In this document: in pieces, positions 9,279 through 19,291 of the stretch | Position numbering within the stretch: the stretch's first letter is position 1 | Layout: each line of letters starts with the position of its first letter | Source of the DNA: Nostoc punctiforme PCC 73102 | GTDB taxonomy: Bacteria > Cyanobacteriota > Cyanobacteriia > Cyanobacteriales > Nostocaceae | Reading direction: 5' to 3' | DNA: 32,000 nt | NCBI RefSeq assembly: GCF_000020025.1 | Contig: NC_010628.1 | Span: 4,680,001 to 4,712,000, forward strand | The notes under the pieces: model-generated | The model's input: the letters and a program-made list of their open reading frames with translations, nothing else | What the model was told of the DNA's origin: nothing | Databases searched by the model: none | Program-made: the position numbers and the translations under genes

Positions 9279-9319
9279 AACACAGAGTAAAGAGCTTAAA
9301 ATCATCAGATACACTTCAT

Positions 9320-10831
9320 TTAACTGCCGTATTTTTGGTAAAAATAATTCTGGAAAATCCCATTGGGGTCATACTTGCGCTTGAGGGCGAAAAATTTAGC
9401 AGATTGTGGATAAGCTTGACGAAATTGTTCAGGTGTAGCATGGAGACGATAGGGTAGATAATACCTGCCACCAACCGCGAGGGCTGCCTCAATCAGTTTC
9501 TGGGTCATTACCTCCATCTTTGCCTCTCCCTCTTGAGTGCGTTGCTGATGAAACAGCATCACCAATCCAAAAACTTCCCCATCGGCATATCTGAGAAAAC
9601 TGTCGTTATCTTGGTGAACATTTCGCACCGTGACATTGAGCAAATCCCCTTTGGACTGAGGAATAATCACGCGACACTTCTCTAAAAAAGCTTCCAGAGA
9701 TTGAGGGGGAATAAAGTACTCATGCAGGATGTCAGTCTCTGCCTGATGACGATTTTCAAATAAGGTGGAGGGACGGTTGAGAATCTGGTTTCTCAAAACC
9801 CGGTTTCCGGCTTCTCCCCCAACGATTTTTTCTAATTGCCAGCGCAAGTTTTTGCCATAGTCACTGCCAATGCTGCCCCGAAAAACCGTCCGAGGTAATC
9901 CAGAATCTGACTGTTTTTCTAAAGAGACAATAGCCTGACTTCCTTGGGGAATTTGGCGGTAAGTGGTGAGAATAGCTTCTTGTAAAAAGCTTTCTGGTGC
10001 AACAGAAAGTCTACCGTATGCCATACCAATATTGGCTGCACCATCTATCCGTTGCCGATAGGTATCAATATAATTCTCGCTCTTAATCACGAACCGTTCA
10101 GCTATATACGTCTCATTGGGTACTACTCTCAAATCCACGTCAAGAATAATTCCGAATAATCCGTAACCGCCTAAAACGAGAGAAAATAACTCTGAGTTTT
10201 CCTGTCTGGAACACTCTACAACCTTGCCACTTGCCAGCATTAACCGGAAACTTTCGACCGTGCTAGCAAAGGGCGGACTATTATGTTGCCAACCATGAGC
10301 ATTGGCGCTCATCGTACCGCCAACAGAAAAATCGTTGTTGGACTGCATGACGGCGACAGAATAGCCACGTTCATTTAGGTAGGGAATAATATCAGACCAT
10401 TTAGCTCCTGATTGTACCGTCAGAATTTTAGTCGCCGGATTGAATTGCATCCGGTTAAAGTTAAGCATCGCCAAGGAGATACCTTTAGCATACAGAGTGT
10501 GACCACCCATCGTATGGCGTGAACCAGCGATCGCTACCTTCTTATCTTGACGTAAGGCATCTCTAAGTACAGACTGTAGTAGCACCTCAGCAACTCCAGG
10601 CTGACTTTTAACCTGCTTAATTGTCACCTGTGTCTGATTCAGGTGACTGGCATCATCAACCGTGCCAAGAGGCAGAGGTTGACGATCATCGCTATCGCTC
10701 CAGGCTGTTAAAGTCAAATGAGCAACAGGTCTGGCGATGACTGTTAGGGCAATAGTGGTAGTTGCCACTAGGGCAAGCAGGATAATCTTTAGCCTATTTT
10801 TTAACAATTTACTCCGGTAGAAATGCTGCAT
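9320..10831 (-). CDS. FAD-binding (PCMH/FAD_binding_4 type) oxidoreductase with N-terminal membrane anchor or signal
   Basis: 503 aa. The N-terminal hydrophobic helix is KIILLALVATTTIALTVIA. GSRHTMGGH and the NNDFSVGGTMSANAHG segment are typical of vanillyl-alcohol-oxidase-fold flavoenzymes (cytokinin dehydrogenase and aldonolactone oxidase relatives). The substrate is unknown. Confidence 0.7.
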   Translation of the reverse strand: MQHFYRSKLLKNRLKIILLALVATTTIALTVIARPVAHLTLTAWSDSDDRQPLPLGTVDDASHLNQTQVTIKQVKSQPGVAEVLLQSVLRDALRQDKKVAIAGSRHTMGGHTLYAKGISLAMLNFNRMQFNPATKILTVQSGAKWSDIIPYLNERGYSVAVMQSNNDFSVGGTMSANAHGWQHNSPPFASTVESFRLMLASGKVVECSRQENSELFSLVLGGYGLFGIILDVDLRVVPNETYIAERFVIKSENYIDTYRQRIDGAANIGMAYGRLSVAPESFLQEAILTTYRQIPQGSQAIVSLEKQSDSGLPRTVFRGSIGSDYGKNLRWQLEKIVGGEAGNRVLRNQILNRPSTLFENRHQAETDILHEYFIPPQSLEAFLEKCRVIIPQSKGDLLNVTVRNVHQDNDSFLRYADGEVFGLVMLFHQQRTQEGEAKMEVMTQKLIEAALAVGGRYYLPYRLHATPEQFRQAYPQSAKFFALKRKYDPNGIFQNYFYQKYGS

Positions 10832-10861
10832 AACTTGGATTGAGAGGGCAAAATAGAAAAC

Positions 10862-12214
10862 ATGACGATTGAATCCGATTCCTCTAATCCACCAACCCCA
10901 GAATCAGTACCTGAAAACGACTTGCAACCTGATGACTTTGACGGGAGTACAACTGAGAAAAACCTCAGCTCAGAAGTACTAGCGACACAACAAGCACTAG
11001 CGGCGATCGCATCTTTGAAATCTCCGCAATATACAACTGCTTTACAACAAGCCCGTTCTGAGGTCAAGCAACCCACTAGCAATCAATTTATAGTTAAGCC
11101 AAGGGCATTGCTAATTACTCTAATAGCGATCGCTATCACATTCATCGGAATTATCCTCAATAACTGGATGGTTGGCATTATCGGAACGCTGATAACTTTG
11201 CTGTTATCCTTAGCCATATTATTGCCTTGGTTCCAAGAAGTTTTAAACGAGTGGTTTTCACCCCAAGAGCGCACCCTTTTTGTGGCCTTTTTGGGACTAA
11301 TAGTAGCTATCATCGGCTTGATCAGGTTTACAGGGGTGAGCGATCGCTTACTTGTTTTAGGACGCAAAATTAACTGGGATATTGCTGGAACCCTAGCAGA
11401 TTGGTTTGGTGCTTTGGGACAAATCCTGATCGCCATCATTGCTGTTTATGTAGCGTGGCGGCAATATGTTATTTCCAAAGACTTGACAATTCAGCAAAAC
11501 CTGCTCACAGTTCAGCAAAATATTATCACCCAGCAACAGACAATTGATTCTTATTTCCAAGGCATTTCAGACTTGGTGTTAGATGAAGAAGGATTATTAG
11601 AAGATTGGCCCCAAGAAAGAGCGATCGCTGAAGGACGCACTGCGGCAATTTTAAGTAGCGTTGATGGTAGTGGTAAAGCGAAAATTCTCCGCTTTCTCTC
11701 ACGTTCCAAGTTGTTGTCACCCCTAAAACGCGATCGCCTATTAGGTCGAGCCATTCTTGATGGGACTGGCGGATACGCAGAAGACCGTCTGGAAGGTTTG
11801 CGTGTCATCGATTTAGGCGTAATGCTAGCCGCAGCAGACCTTTCTGGTACTGATTTACGTTGGACTGACCTCAGCGAAGCTAATCTTGTCCGCGCTAATT
11901 TGACCGGTTGTGACTTAGTAAAAGCCAACCTCTCCCGCACAATTTTATATAATGCTAATCTCACTGGTGCCGACATCAACGGCATTCGCCTATTCTACGG
12001 TTTAGTAGATAAAGCATCACCCCGCAGTCGGACTGAACCGCCAGATTATGAAACCGGCGAACAAACTGGTGCTGTAGTGGAAAATGCCGATTTCAGTAAT
12101 GTGCAACGGATGTCTGAGTCTGCACGTTGCTATTGTTGTACTTGGGGTGGCGAAAAAACTAGAGCTACTATTCCAGGTGGTTGTGAAGGTATTCCTAATA
12201 AGTTGGAAAGATAG
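10862..12214 (+). CDS. Pentapeptide-repeat membrane protein
   Basis: 450 aa. It has an acidic/polar N-terminus, about 4 hydrophobic helices (residues about 85-200), a Q-rich segment, then pentapeptide repeats (ADLSGTDLRWTDLSEANLVRANLTGCDLVKANLSRTILYNANLTGADING) and a Cys-containing tail. Confidence 0.75.
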   Translation: MTIESDSSNPPTPESVPENDLQPDDFDGSTTEKNLSSEVLATQQALAAIASLKSPQYTTALQQARSEVKQPTSNQFIVKPRALLITLIAIAITFIGIILNNWMVGIIGTLITLLLSLAILLPWFQEVLNEWFSPQERTLFVAFLGLIVAIIGLIRFTGVSDRLLVLGRKINWDIAGTLADWFGALGQILIAIIAVYVAWRQYVISKDLTIQQNLLTVQQNIITQQQTIDSYFQGISDLVLDEEGLLEDWPQERAIAEGRTAAILSSVDGSGKAKILRFLSRSKLLSPLKRDRLLGRAILDGTGGYAEDRLEGLRVIDLGVMLAAADLSGTDLRWTDLSEANLVRANLTGCDLVKANLSRTILYNANLTGADINGIRLFYGLVDKASPRSRTEPPDYETGEQTGAVVENADFSNVQRMSESARCYCCTWGGEKTRATIPGGCEGIPNKLER

Positions 12215-12222
12215 TTATAAGA

Positions 12223-12395
12223 CAATACAGTTCAGAAATTTCTAGTAGTCCTAAATCATTCGTGAATTATATCTCTCTTTCCTCTTTTCTTCCTTTGCGT
12301 CCTTTGTGGTTCGTTTCCTAATCTATATTTTCGCAATTCAAATAGGATTGCTATAAACCCAAAACATTAATGTAGAGACGCGATTTAGCGCATCT
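12223..12395. repeat. Second locus carrying the same repeat modules as 2940-3205
   Basis: caatacagttcag (12223-12235). ttcctttgcgtcctttgtggttcg (12290-12313) is the reverse complement of the CGCAAAGG module. tgtagagacgcgatttagcgcatct (12371-12395) is related to the 3066-3091 hairpin. Confidence 0.7.
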
Positions 12396-12414
12396 TGAAA
12401 GACTAGATAAAAAA

Positions 12415-13029
12415 TTAGTTAGCCGCATTAAAAATCTGTTGTGCAGTTAAATTTAATTGGGGAAAGGTAGGTGATAAAATCGCTGTATTGCCTTGAAAAG
12501 ATGTCATTTGATATTCGCCATCAACTAATTCGCATACAAAAATAGTGGGTTGTTTGGGATTGCCGATGAACTTTCTTGCGCCCAATGCAGCATAATCAGC
12601 AATCCAATATTCGGGAATTCCCATTTCCTCATAATCTCTAAGTTTATTGTAGTAATCATCTCGCCAGTTGCTTGAAACAACTTCTATAACTATTGGAACT
12701 GATGCTGCTTGGCTTACTGTTGACTGTTTTTGAAAAAGCGGTTCATTGTCAAGATTATCAAGATTTAGCAGCAACACATCAGGCGAATAAGCGGATTCGG
12801 CAGAAGGAGTTTGGATAAATGCAGTTTTGGGTATAGTGTAGGGAAGATTCAAGCGATCAAACTCGACAGTTAGCTTATGGGCTATAAATCCCACAACTTT
12901 TTCATGCGCTCCGGTTGGAGGTGGCATTTCAATAATTACTCCTTTGTGCAATTCATAGCGTTTAGCGTCATTGGGATACCATTCAATAAATTCGTTGAAG
13001 GTGAGTAATTTGGGCAACGCTTGAGTCAT
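12415..13029 (-). CDS. Uma2 family (DUF820) putative endonuclease
   Basis: 204 aa. The layout is typical of Uma2: N-terminal F.E...W....YEL..G, then P..H, then the PD-(D/E)xK-like core PDV...., EVVS.NW..DY..K...YE..GI.EYWI.DY. Confidence 0.75.
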   Translation of the reverse strand: MTQALPKLLTFNEFIEWYPNDAKRYELHKGVIIEMPPPTGAHEKVVGFIAHKLTVEFDRLNLPYTIPKTAFIQTPSAESAYSPDVLLLNLDNLDNEPLFQKQSTVSQAASVPIVIEVVSSNWRDDYYNKLRDYEEMGIPEYWIADYAALGARKFIGNPKQPTIFVCELVDGEYQMTSFQGNTAILSPTFPQLNLTAQQIFNAAN

Positions 13030-13175
13030 AATCTTACCTCTATATATGTTTTACTTTATCATTTAATAAATATTGATTTTTAGGTGATAAAATTCGCACT
13101 TATGTTTTTTTATTAGCTTTAAAAAGTGTAAATGTTTATCCCCAAAGAATATGACGTGTTCCTCAATCTCTAACT

Positions 13176-13796
13176 CTAGCGACCCGCAACAAATATCTGT
13201 TCTGCGGTCAGATTCAGGTCTGGAAACGTTTGGGAGATGAGGCGTTCTGTTCCTCTAAACTGTTGTGCTTGATAAGTTCCATCAACTAACTGATAAATCG
13301 TGATTGTAGGTTCTTTGGATAAGCCAATGTAGCGTTTGCCTCCTAGCCCTAGATAATCCGCGATCCAGTACTCCCCTATGCCTAAAGCTTCATAGTCTTC
13401 CACTTTCCGGGCATAATCATTCTGCCAATTAGTACTGACAACCTCTACTACTAACTTTACAGACTTGCCTAGTGTAATAACTGGCTCAGTTTTCCATAAT
13501 GGTTCATTTGCCAAACTCGTCTGATCAAGAATTACAACATCCGGTCTAAAGGCTGAATTTTGACCTAATGGCTTAATTAGGCATTTCATAGGAATAAACC
13601 AAGGCAAGTTGAGCAGATCAATTGCTACGTTAAGCTTACGATTAATTAACCCAGCAACCTGTTCATGAAGTCCAGTGGGTTCCAAGTCGATTAGTTCTCC
13701 GTCAATTAACTCGTAGCGTATATCATCCAGATAGCCAGCAACGAATGCCTCAGAGCTAATAGTATTTGTATTAATAGTGGCTGAGACCATAGACAT
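13176..13796 (-). CDS. Uma2 family (DUF820) putative endonuclease, tandem paralog
   Basis: 206 aa and colinear with the 12415-13029 product (RPDVVIL.., VVEVVSTNWQNDYARKVEDYEALGIGEYWIADYLGLGGKRYIG..KEPTI..YQLVDG.YQ...F.G......TFPDLNLTAEQIF). I estimate roughly 40-45 percent identity by eye. Confidence 0.75.
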   Translation of the reverse strand: MSMVSATINTNTISSEAFVAGYLDDIRYELIDGELIDLEPTGLHEQVAGLINRKLNVAIDLLNLPWFIPMKCLIKPLGQNSAFRPDVVILDQTSLANEPLWKTEPVITLGKSVKLVVEVVSTNWQNDYARKVEDYEALGIGEYWIADYLGLGGKRYIGLSKEPTITIYQLVDGTYQAQQFRGTERLISQTFPDLNLTAEQIFVAGR

Positions 13797-14036
13797 TTGT
13801 CCTTCCTGGTTCAGTACAAGAGCAGGTATTGCTGCTCTTGATTATTCTAACTATCTTTGATTAGGAAATTGACTAATATGCTTCAAAATCTGGAGTACAT
13901 TATACAACTCATTGCTCCGGTTACAGACATCAAAAAAACTCTAATCCATAGAGCAATATTAGTTACTCTAGTGTGGCATTTTCCGCAGCAAGAGTTGGAG
14001 TTATTGTGTTAATTAAGTAGTAGAAAACCTACCAGT

Positions 14037-14813
14037 TTAGTAATTCTCGCCTTCAGGTAGAGTGAGAATTTCAACGCCATCTTCAGTTACAGCTAGGGTA
14101 TGCTCACATTGAGCGGATAGTTTGCGATCGCGCGTTACCGCAGTCCACTTGTCGCTGAGAACTTCGACTTCGTAAGTACCTTCATTAATCATTGGCTCAA
14201 TAGTAAAAACCATCCCCGGTCTCAGGCGCTTGCCTTTACCGCGAGTACCATAATGGGGAACATCCGGCGCAGTGTGGAAAATATTACTGATGCCGTGTCC
14301 AACAAAATCTCGCACTACAGAAAAGCCTTGCCCTTCAGCATACTCTTGAATAGCTGCACCAATATCGCCAATCCGTCCCCCTGGTTTCACTTCAGCAATA
14401 CCCAGACGCAAACACTCTTCTGTCACCTCTACCAGCTTTCTCGTTTTTGGGGAAGGAGTGCCAACAAAAAATGTCTTGGATGTATCGCCGTGATACCCTT
14501 CAACAATGGGCGTTACATCGATATTAATAATGTCACCATCTTTGAGAATCTGCTTGGCGTTAGGAATGCCATGACAGATTACCTCATTAACACTGGTACA
14601 AATCGATTTGGGATAACCCTTATAGCCAAGAGGTGCGCTTTTTGCTCCATGTGCTTGCGTCCAACGTTCGGCTTCATCATTCAGTTCTAGAGTACTAACC
14701 CCTGGCTTCACAAACGGTTCGAGATGCTGGAGAAGTTTGGCTGCTAAACGCCCAGCTTGACGCATTTTCTCTATTTCTCGTTGGGATAAAATGACAATTA
14801 GTTCAGTTTTCAT
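14037..14813 (-). CDS. map: Type I methionine aminopeptidase
   Basis: 258 aa. Motifs seen: CHGIP, DGDIINIDVT, GYHGDTS, VGHGI, FTIEPM, EHT. Confidence 0.9.
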   Translation of the reverse strand: MKTELIVILSQREIEKMRQAGRLAAKLLQHLEPFVKPGVSTLELNDEAERWTQAHGAKSAPLGYKGYPKSICTSVNEVICHGIPNAKQILKDGDIINIDVTPIVEGYHGDTSKTFFVGTPSPKTRKLVEVTEECLRLGIAEVKPGGRIGDIGAAIQEYAEGQGFSVVRDFVGHGISNIFHTAPDVPHYGTRGKGKRLRPGMVFTIEPMINEGTYEVEVLSDKWTAVTRDRKLSAQCEHTLAVTEDGVEILTLPEGENY

Positions 14814-14833
14814 TAACTTTTATCTAGACAAAT

Positions 14834-15835
14834 TTACATAAACATAGTGAACCCTGTCTGTGCAGCTCTTTGAGCAGCATCAGCAACCTTTAAGGTATAC
14901 AAACTCTGCTCTGGGGTAACGTACAAAGGAGTGCCATCAAAAAGATGGTCTAACACCATAGCTGTGTCTTTGGCAAACAAACCCCGACGAGGGCCAACCT
15001 CTATAGGTGTTGTTTCCTCTGGCTGGATGAAAATTCCTGTGTCGCCATCAAAGACTAAACCACCTTTTTCACCGTGAACTTCAAACTTGCGTTCTGATTG
15101 CCAAATACTTTCGCCTTTGCCATAGACTACTTGGGCTAAAAGTCCACTGTTAAAGCACAGTTCACTAGTGCAGAAACAGGTTTGGTAATATTCCGGTTCT
15201 ATTTCCCAATATCGCTGATGACAGTTAACAGTAAATACTGTACCAAATAAATCGATGAGGCGATGTAGGCGAGACAGGGCCCCAATTAAGGGAAAACCGA
15301 ACAACTCGTGGTTATAAGTCCATTTACGGGGTGCAGGATTTTGGGGATTGATCGTGCTGTAGCGAGCATAAAACACTTCACCAATTTTGGCTAAGTTTTG
15401 CTTCAAGGCTTGATGCAAACCACCCAAAAGTTCTAGGTGTTCCACGTGCAAGAGTTTTTTTTGTGCTTTGGCTAGGGCAATCAGTTCGTCTGCTTCGACT
15501 ACATCCAACGAAAGGGGATACTCTATAATTACATGTTTGCCATTGGTAAGTGCTGCACGAGCGATCGCACCATGATCTCGATTAACAGTGCAAATTACTA
15601 CTAGGTCTACATCTTCACGCTCTACTAGCTCTTGCCAAGAACTCAATGCTTTAATCTGGTACTCTCTGACAAAGGCTTCTGTTTTTTCTGCGGTATGACC
15701 AACAACTGCTATTAACTGCGATCGCTCATCATGGAGCAATGCTTCAGCCCGGAACTTTGCCGCATACCCAGTACCTACCAAACCTACACGCACTCTTGCT
15801 TTTTCCAAGGCTGCTCCTGAATTATACACGATCAT
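14834..15835 (-). CDS. bvdR: Gfo/Idh/MocA-fold oxidoreductase, biliverdin reductase-like
   Basis: 333 aa. The Rossmann N-terminus is VGLVGTGYAA. NGKHVIIEYPLSL, KKLLHVEHLELL and FGFPLIGALSRLHRLIDLFG parallel the human BVRA segments AGKHVLVEYPMTLS, KGKVLHEEHVELL and [20 protein letters not shown] as I recall them. The gene ends 20 nt upstream of map, so the two are probably co-transcribed. Confidence 0.65.
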   Translation of the reverse strand: MIVYNSGAALEKARVRVGLVGTGYAAKFRAEALLHDERSQLIAVVGHTAEKTEAFVREYQIKALSSWQELVEREDVDLVVICTVNRDHGAIARAALTNGKHVIIEYPLSLDVVEADELIALAKAQKKLLHVEHLELLGGLHQALKQNLAKIGEVFYARYSTINPQNPAPRKWTYNHELFGFPLIGALSRLHRLIDLFGTVFTVNCHQRYWEIEPEYYQTCFCTSELCFNSGLLAQVVYGKGESIWQSERKFEVHGEKGGLVFDGDTGIFIQPEETTPIEVGPRRGLFAKDTAMVLDHLFDGTPLYVTPEQSLYTLKVADAAQRAAQTGFTMFM

Positions 15836-16205
15836 TCTATATAAAAACTTGGCACAAATTCATTATGTGACCTGCTTAAAAATAGGTTTTTATTAGTCTT
15901 GAAATTTTTGGAGTTGTTGCAGGAAGTTTCTTGATTTCAAACTTCTTAAGTTTTTTGATTGTCTTGACAAAAGTCGGATTTCATGGATAATAAAGCCTTG
16001 TTGCAAATTTAAATAATATCAAATTTAATCATGTTTTCTTAGCTAGAACATAGTTTTTTATTATGACAGCCCAACTAGGGCATTAAATACATAAATAAAA
16101 CTTATCGGGATTAAGCAACAAAATTTCATTACTAATCGGCTTCAATTTCGAGTTACATAGTTTAATTTTTCTCGTAGTATCAGAATTGAAGCAAATATAA
16201 ACTAG

Positions 16206-16583
<378 letters not shown>

Positions 16584-16742
16584 GAGCAAAAGTAAATAGC
16601 CAAAAACCTATTTCTATTGGTGATTATAGTTGTTCAACATCAAGACTTCAGCGCTAGCCCAAGGTCTCAATGTTGCAAGACTAAACATCAATTTGTGTGT
16701 GCTTCTTAAAGCCACTTTGAAAAAAAGCCTGATTTCATGTTG

Positions 16743-16785
16743 AGCAGGAACACAGTAAATTTAGTGTTCCTGCTTAATTTTTTTA
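16743..16785 (+). terminator. Intrinsic terminator, probably for petF
   Basis: agcaggaacac (16743-16753) pairs with gtgttcctgct (16764-16774), giving an 11-bp stem and a 10-nt loop followed by taattttttt. It lies 160 nt downstream of the petF stop. Confidence 0.75.
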
Positions 16786-17073
16786 GTATGGATTTCCACC
16801 TCAGCAATTTTGCCTTTTGTTGACTCCTTATTCCTACCTCAAGATAGAGGCAGGATGTAGGAGGTAGAAACTTTTTCTAAACCTCATCTATGTTAAAATC
16901 TAGAGTTTTTTAAAAGATATATTTATGTAGGTTAGGTAGAGTGAAACGCAACCCAACATTACCACCTTATTTATGTTGGGTTACGGTTCTCAAGGTAGAC
17001 GAAGTTTATCTAATTTTGATTCCTGTATTTTGTACCTCACTCAAAAAGCAAACTGCTGTAAAGGGCGATTAGC

Positions 17074-18663
17074 TTAGAGTTTAATCTCTTTGTTGAGAAT
17101 TTGAATCTGAGTACCAGGATAATAAAATTGGAGAATTTTGGGACTTGACCAACCTAGTTTTGCTAGATTTTGAGCGCCAGTTTGACTCAAGCCAACTCCA
17201 TGTCCTAATCCACCACCAATAAAAGCATATCCCCACAATTCTGGTTTGCCTTTATTCAGTGGTTCTAGGTAGAAAAGCGTACTCGTAGGAGCAGCAAAGG
17301 CACTGCGAACTTCGTCTTTGTGGAGAATAAAAGTGCTTTTATCAGTTTTAACCGCGAGTTCTAGGATGCGTCCACTCTCGCTTCGCTTCACGACTGCCAT
17401 AGCCTGAATTGTCTTAAATTTGGCATAAGGACTGTTTTTTACCTGCAAAAATTTCTGCAAGTCCTTGATAATATCCTCTAAACGGGTTTCCTTGTGCCAA
17501 CGAAAAGCATCCCATTTGCTCTCATTAAATCCCTGCTGGATATTAATAAATTTCTGGAAGTTCTTTTCATCTGCCAAACTCTGCTTAGACAAGTTCCAAA
17601 AATTAGTCGCAGCATCTAGTACAGGGCGCAAATAGGGACGATCGTCGCCATTCCAGACATCGCTGAAGGAAGCAGTAACACCACCTGTGGTGGAAGAATA
17701 TAAGGCATCTACTAGTTCGTTTTTATAAGTTACTACTTTACCCCTAGTGGAGGCGATCGCTTGGTCTGTTTTAGCCGCCGCTCCATTTAGCCCATAATAA
17801 ACTTGGCAGTGAGTATCGGCACACAACTGATAGTTATCTGCGGCAAACCTGCGTAAATTTCTTAAAGCATAAGTCCGGGCGAGAATTGCTTGGGCTTCTA
17901 GCGCTGCTTTCGGTGCATCCGTTCCTATTTCGTAAGGCACAACCCCACGTAAATAAGTTTCTAGAGGTACTTGGTTAACTAAAGTGTATGTGCCGTAAGC
18001 ATTTGGCTGCAAATTCAGTTGTCCAGCATAAAGACGAGCATTTTCAGGTTTTTCGCTTTTATTCACCCGAATCAAGTTTTTATCAGTGCTGATTTCCAAA
18101 TCATCTGGGCTATAGCGTTTACCATCTACCACCCAACTAACTTGCGGCACTTGTTTTAAAACTTTAGTATCAAGATATACTTTATCTTTAGTAGAAGCTT
18201 GGATGTTCTGCAATAGTAAGCGCCGCAATAAAGGAGTGCTATAAACATCTCGTTTAGCCCAAACTTGCCAGCGTTCTGGCTGGGCGATTTCCACTTCTAT
18301 TCCCTGAGAACGCCATTTGTTAGCACTGTCTTCCGCAGTCTCAAAAGTACGGTATGTCCCTAAGACTACCATTTCTTCAACTGCTGGCTGGGGTAAAGCT
18401 TGCATAACTGTTTCCAGCTTTACAGGGTTCTTTGTCAGCAGGATTTGCTGCTTGTTGCCCGCTTGAAATTTTAGCTTTAAGCGATCGCCTTTTGTAGGTT
18501 CCAGTTGCAGTTTGACTGTGGGTTGTGAACCAAATCGCTGCACAATCCCAATTTTCAGTTCTATATCCTGGATGTTACTCTCAGGACCTGATGCAGCAGT
18601 CAGTCCCAATAAACAAAATGTCGTCAGCACAGTGTGGGAAAAACGCCAAAACAAAAATTTCAT
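17074..18663 (-). CDS. SpoIID/LytB domain protein (secreted peptidoglycan-remodelling protein)
   Basis: SpoIID-type motifs are present: LEAQAILARTYAL, CADTHCQVY, ALYSSTTGGVTAS and GHGVGLSQTGA. I prefer the ATG at 18663 (MKFLFWRFSHTVLTTFCLLGLTAASG, signal-peptide-like) over the track's longer ORF reaching 18825. Confidence 0.8.
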   Translation of the reverse strand: MKFLFWRFSHTVLTTFCLLGLTAASGPESNIQDIELKIGIVQRFGSQPTVKLQLEPTKGDRLKLKFQAGNKQQILLTKNPVKLETVMQALPQPAVEEMVVLGTYRTFETAEDSANKWRSQGIEVEIAQPERWQVWAKRDVYSTPLLRRLLLQNIQASTKDKVYLDTKVLKQVPQVSWVVDGKRYSPDDLEISTDKNLIRVNKSEKPENARLYAGQLNLQPNAYGTYTLVNQVPLETYLRGVVPYEIGTDAPKAALEAQAILARTYALRNLRRFAADNYQLCADTHCQVYYGLNGAAAKTDQAIASTRGKVVTYKNELVDALYSSTTGGVTASFSDVWNGDDRPYLRPVLDAATNFWNLSKQSLADEKNFQKFINIQQGFNESKWDAFRWHKETRLEDIIKDLQKFLQVKNSPYAKFKTIQAMAVVKRSESGRILELAVKTDKSTFILHKDEVRSAFAAPTSTLFYLEPLNKGKPELWGYAFIGGGLGHGVGLSQTGAQNLAKLGWSSPKILQFYYPGTQIQILNKEIKL

Positions 18664-18889
18664 GGCTACCTGATAGCGTACCCCTACGGGAAAGCAAGCT
18701 ACGCGCAGCATATCGAGCTTCTTTTGCCCCCTAATGCGGCGTTGGAGCTTATTTTCCAATTGCTTTGCAGTGCGGTCTTTTTGTCGCATGAGCGCTCCAA
18801 TGATACCATTACCAGTTTTGCCCAAAATATACGTTGCAAAACGAAGTCATAATGACTATGATTTATTTAGAGACACAAAACAGAACTAG

Positions 18890-19168
18890 TTGGATAAACT
18901 CCTTATGGTTAGAGTCCAAGAAATTCCATTAAATCAGATAAAACGGCCATTGCCCCGTGCAAACGATCCAAATAAAGTGCAAGCCTTAATGGAATCGATT
19001 GCGGAGATTGGGCAGCAAGAACCTATTGATGTCCTAGAAGTAGATGGACAATATTATGGCTTTTCTGGTTGCCATCGGTATGAAGCTTGCCAGCGTTTAG
19101 GCAAAGAAACCGTTTTAGCCAGAGTTCGTAAAGCACCCCGTAGCGTTTTAAAGATGCACTTGGCATAG
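18890..19168 (+). CDS. srxA: Sulfiredoxin (ParB/Srx fold)
   Basis: The catalytic signature is FSGCHRYEA. The whole sequence parallels plant-type Srx (PL..I+RPL.R..D..KV..LM.SI...G...PIDV.EVDG.YYGFSGCHRYEA...LG). The start is TTG at 18890 or ATG at 18905. Confidence 0.85.
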   Translation: MDKLLMVRVQEIPLNQIKRPLPRANDPNKVQALMESIAEIGQQEPIDVLEVDGQYYGFSGCHRYEACQRLGKETVLARVRKAPRSVLKMHLA

Positions 19169-19188
19169 AGAATGAGAGTAGAGAGGCA

Positions 19189-19227
19189 GGGGAGCATGGG
19201 AGCAGGGGGCAGAGGGGGACAAGAGGG
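19189..19227 (+). other. G-quadruplex-capable G-tract cluster
   Basis: GGGG(19189-92) agcat GGG(19198-200) agca GGGGG(19205-09) caga GGGGG(19214-18) acaaga GGG(19225-27). That is five G3+ tracts with loops of 7 nt or fewer, all on the sense strand between srxA and dps. Confidence 0.5.
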
Positions 19228-19251
19228 ACAAGGAAAAGGAAAATAACCATG

Positions 19252-19291
19252 CCCAATTCCCAATTCCCAATTCCCAATCCCCAATCCCCAA
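19252..19291. repeat. STRR-type heptamer block (CCCAATT)x3-(CCCCAAT)x2
   Basis: Read directly. It ends 29 nt upstream of the dps ATG and differs from the 7625-7670 block at essentially one position. Confidence 0.9.

Noticed and set aside
9061-9384. 107-aa ORF in the chlP downstream region
   Set aside because: It is made entirely of three hairpin-repeat elements, and its 3' end overlaps the FAD oxidoreductase gene on the other strand.
10832-10861. Only 30 bp between the divergent start codons of the FAD oxidoreductase and the pentapeptide-repeat gene, suggesting a mis-called start
   Set aside because: Neither ORF has a plausible alternative start for more than 100 codons, and both N-termini look reasonable. 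The promoters probably lie within the neighbouring coding regions. I noted it but do not consider it anomalous enough to report.
18664-18825. 54-codon N-terminal extension of the SpoIID/LytB ORF
   Set aside because: The internal ATG at 18663 is followed immediately by a signal-peptide-like sequence. The basic extension has no counterpart in SpoIID proteins and would sit in the divergent promoter region shared with srxA.
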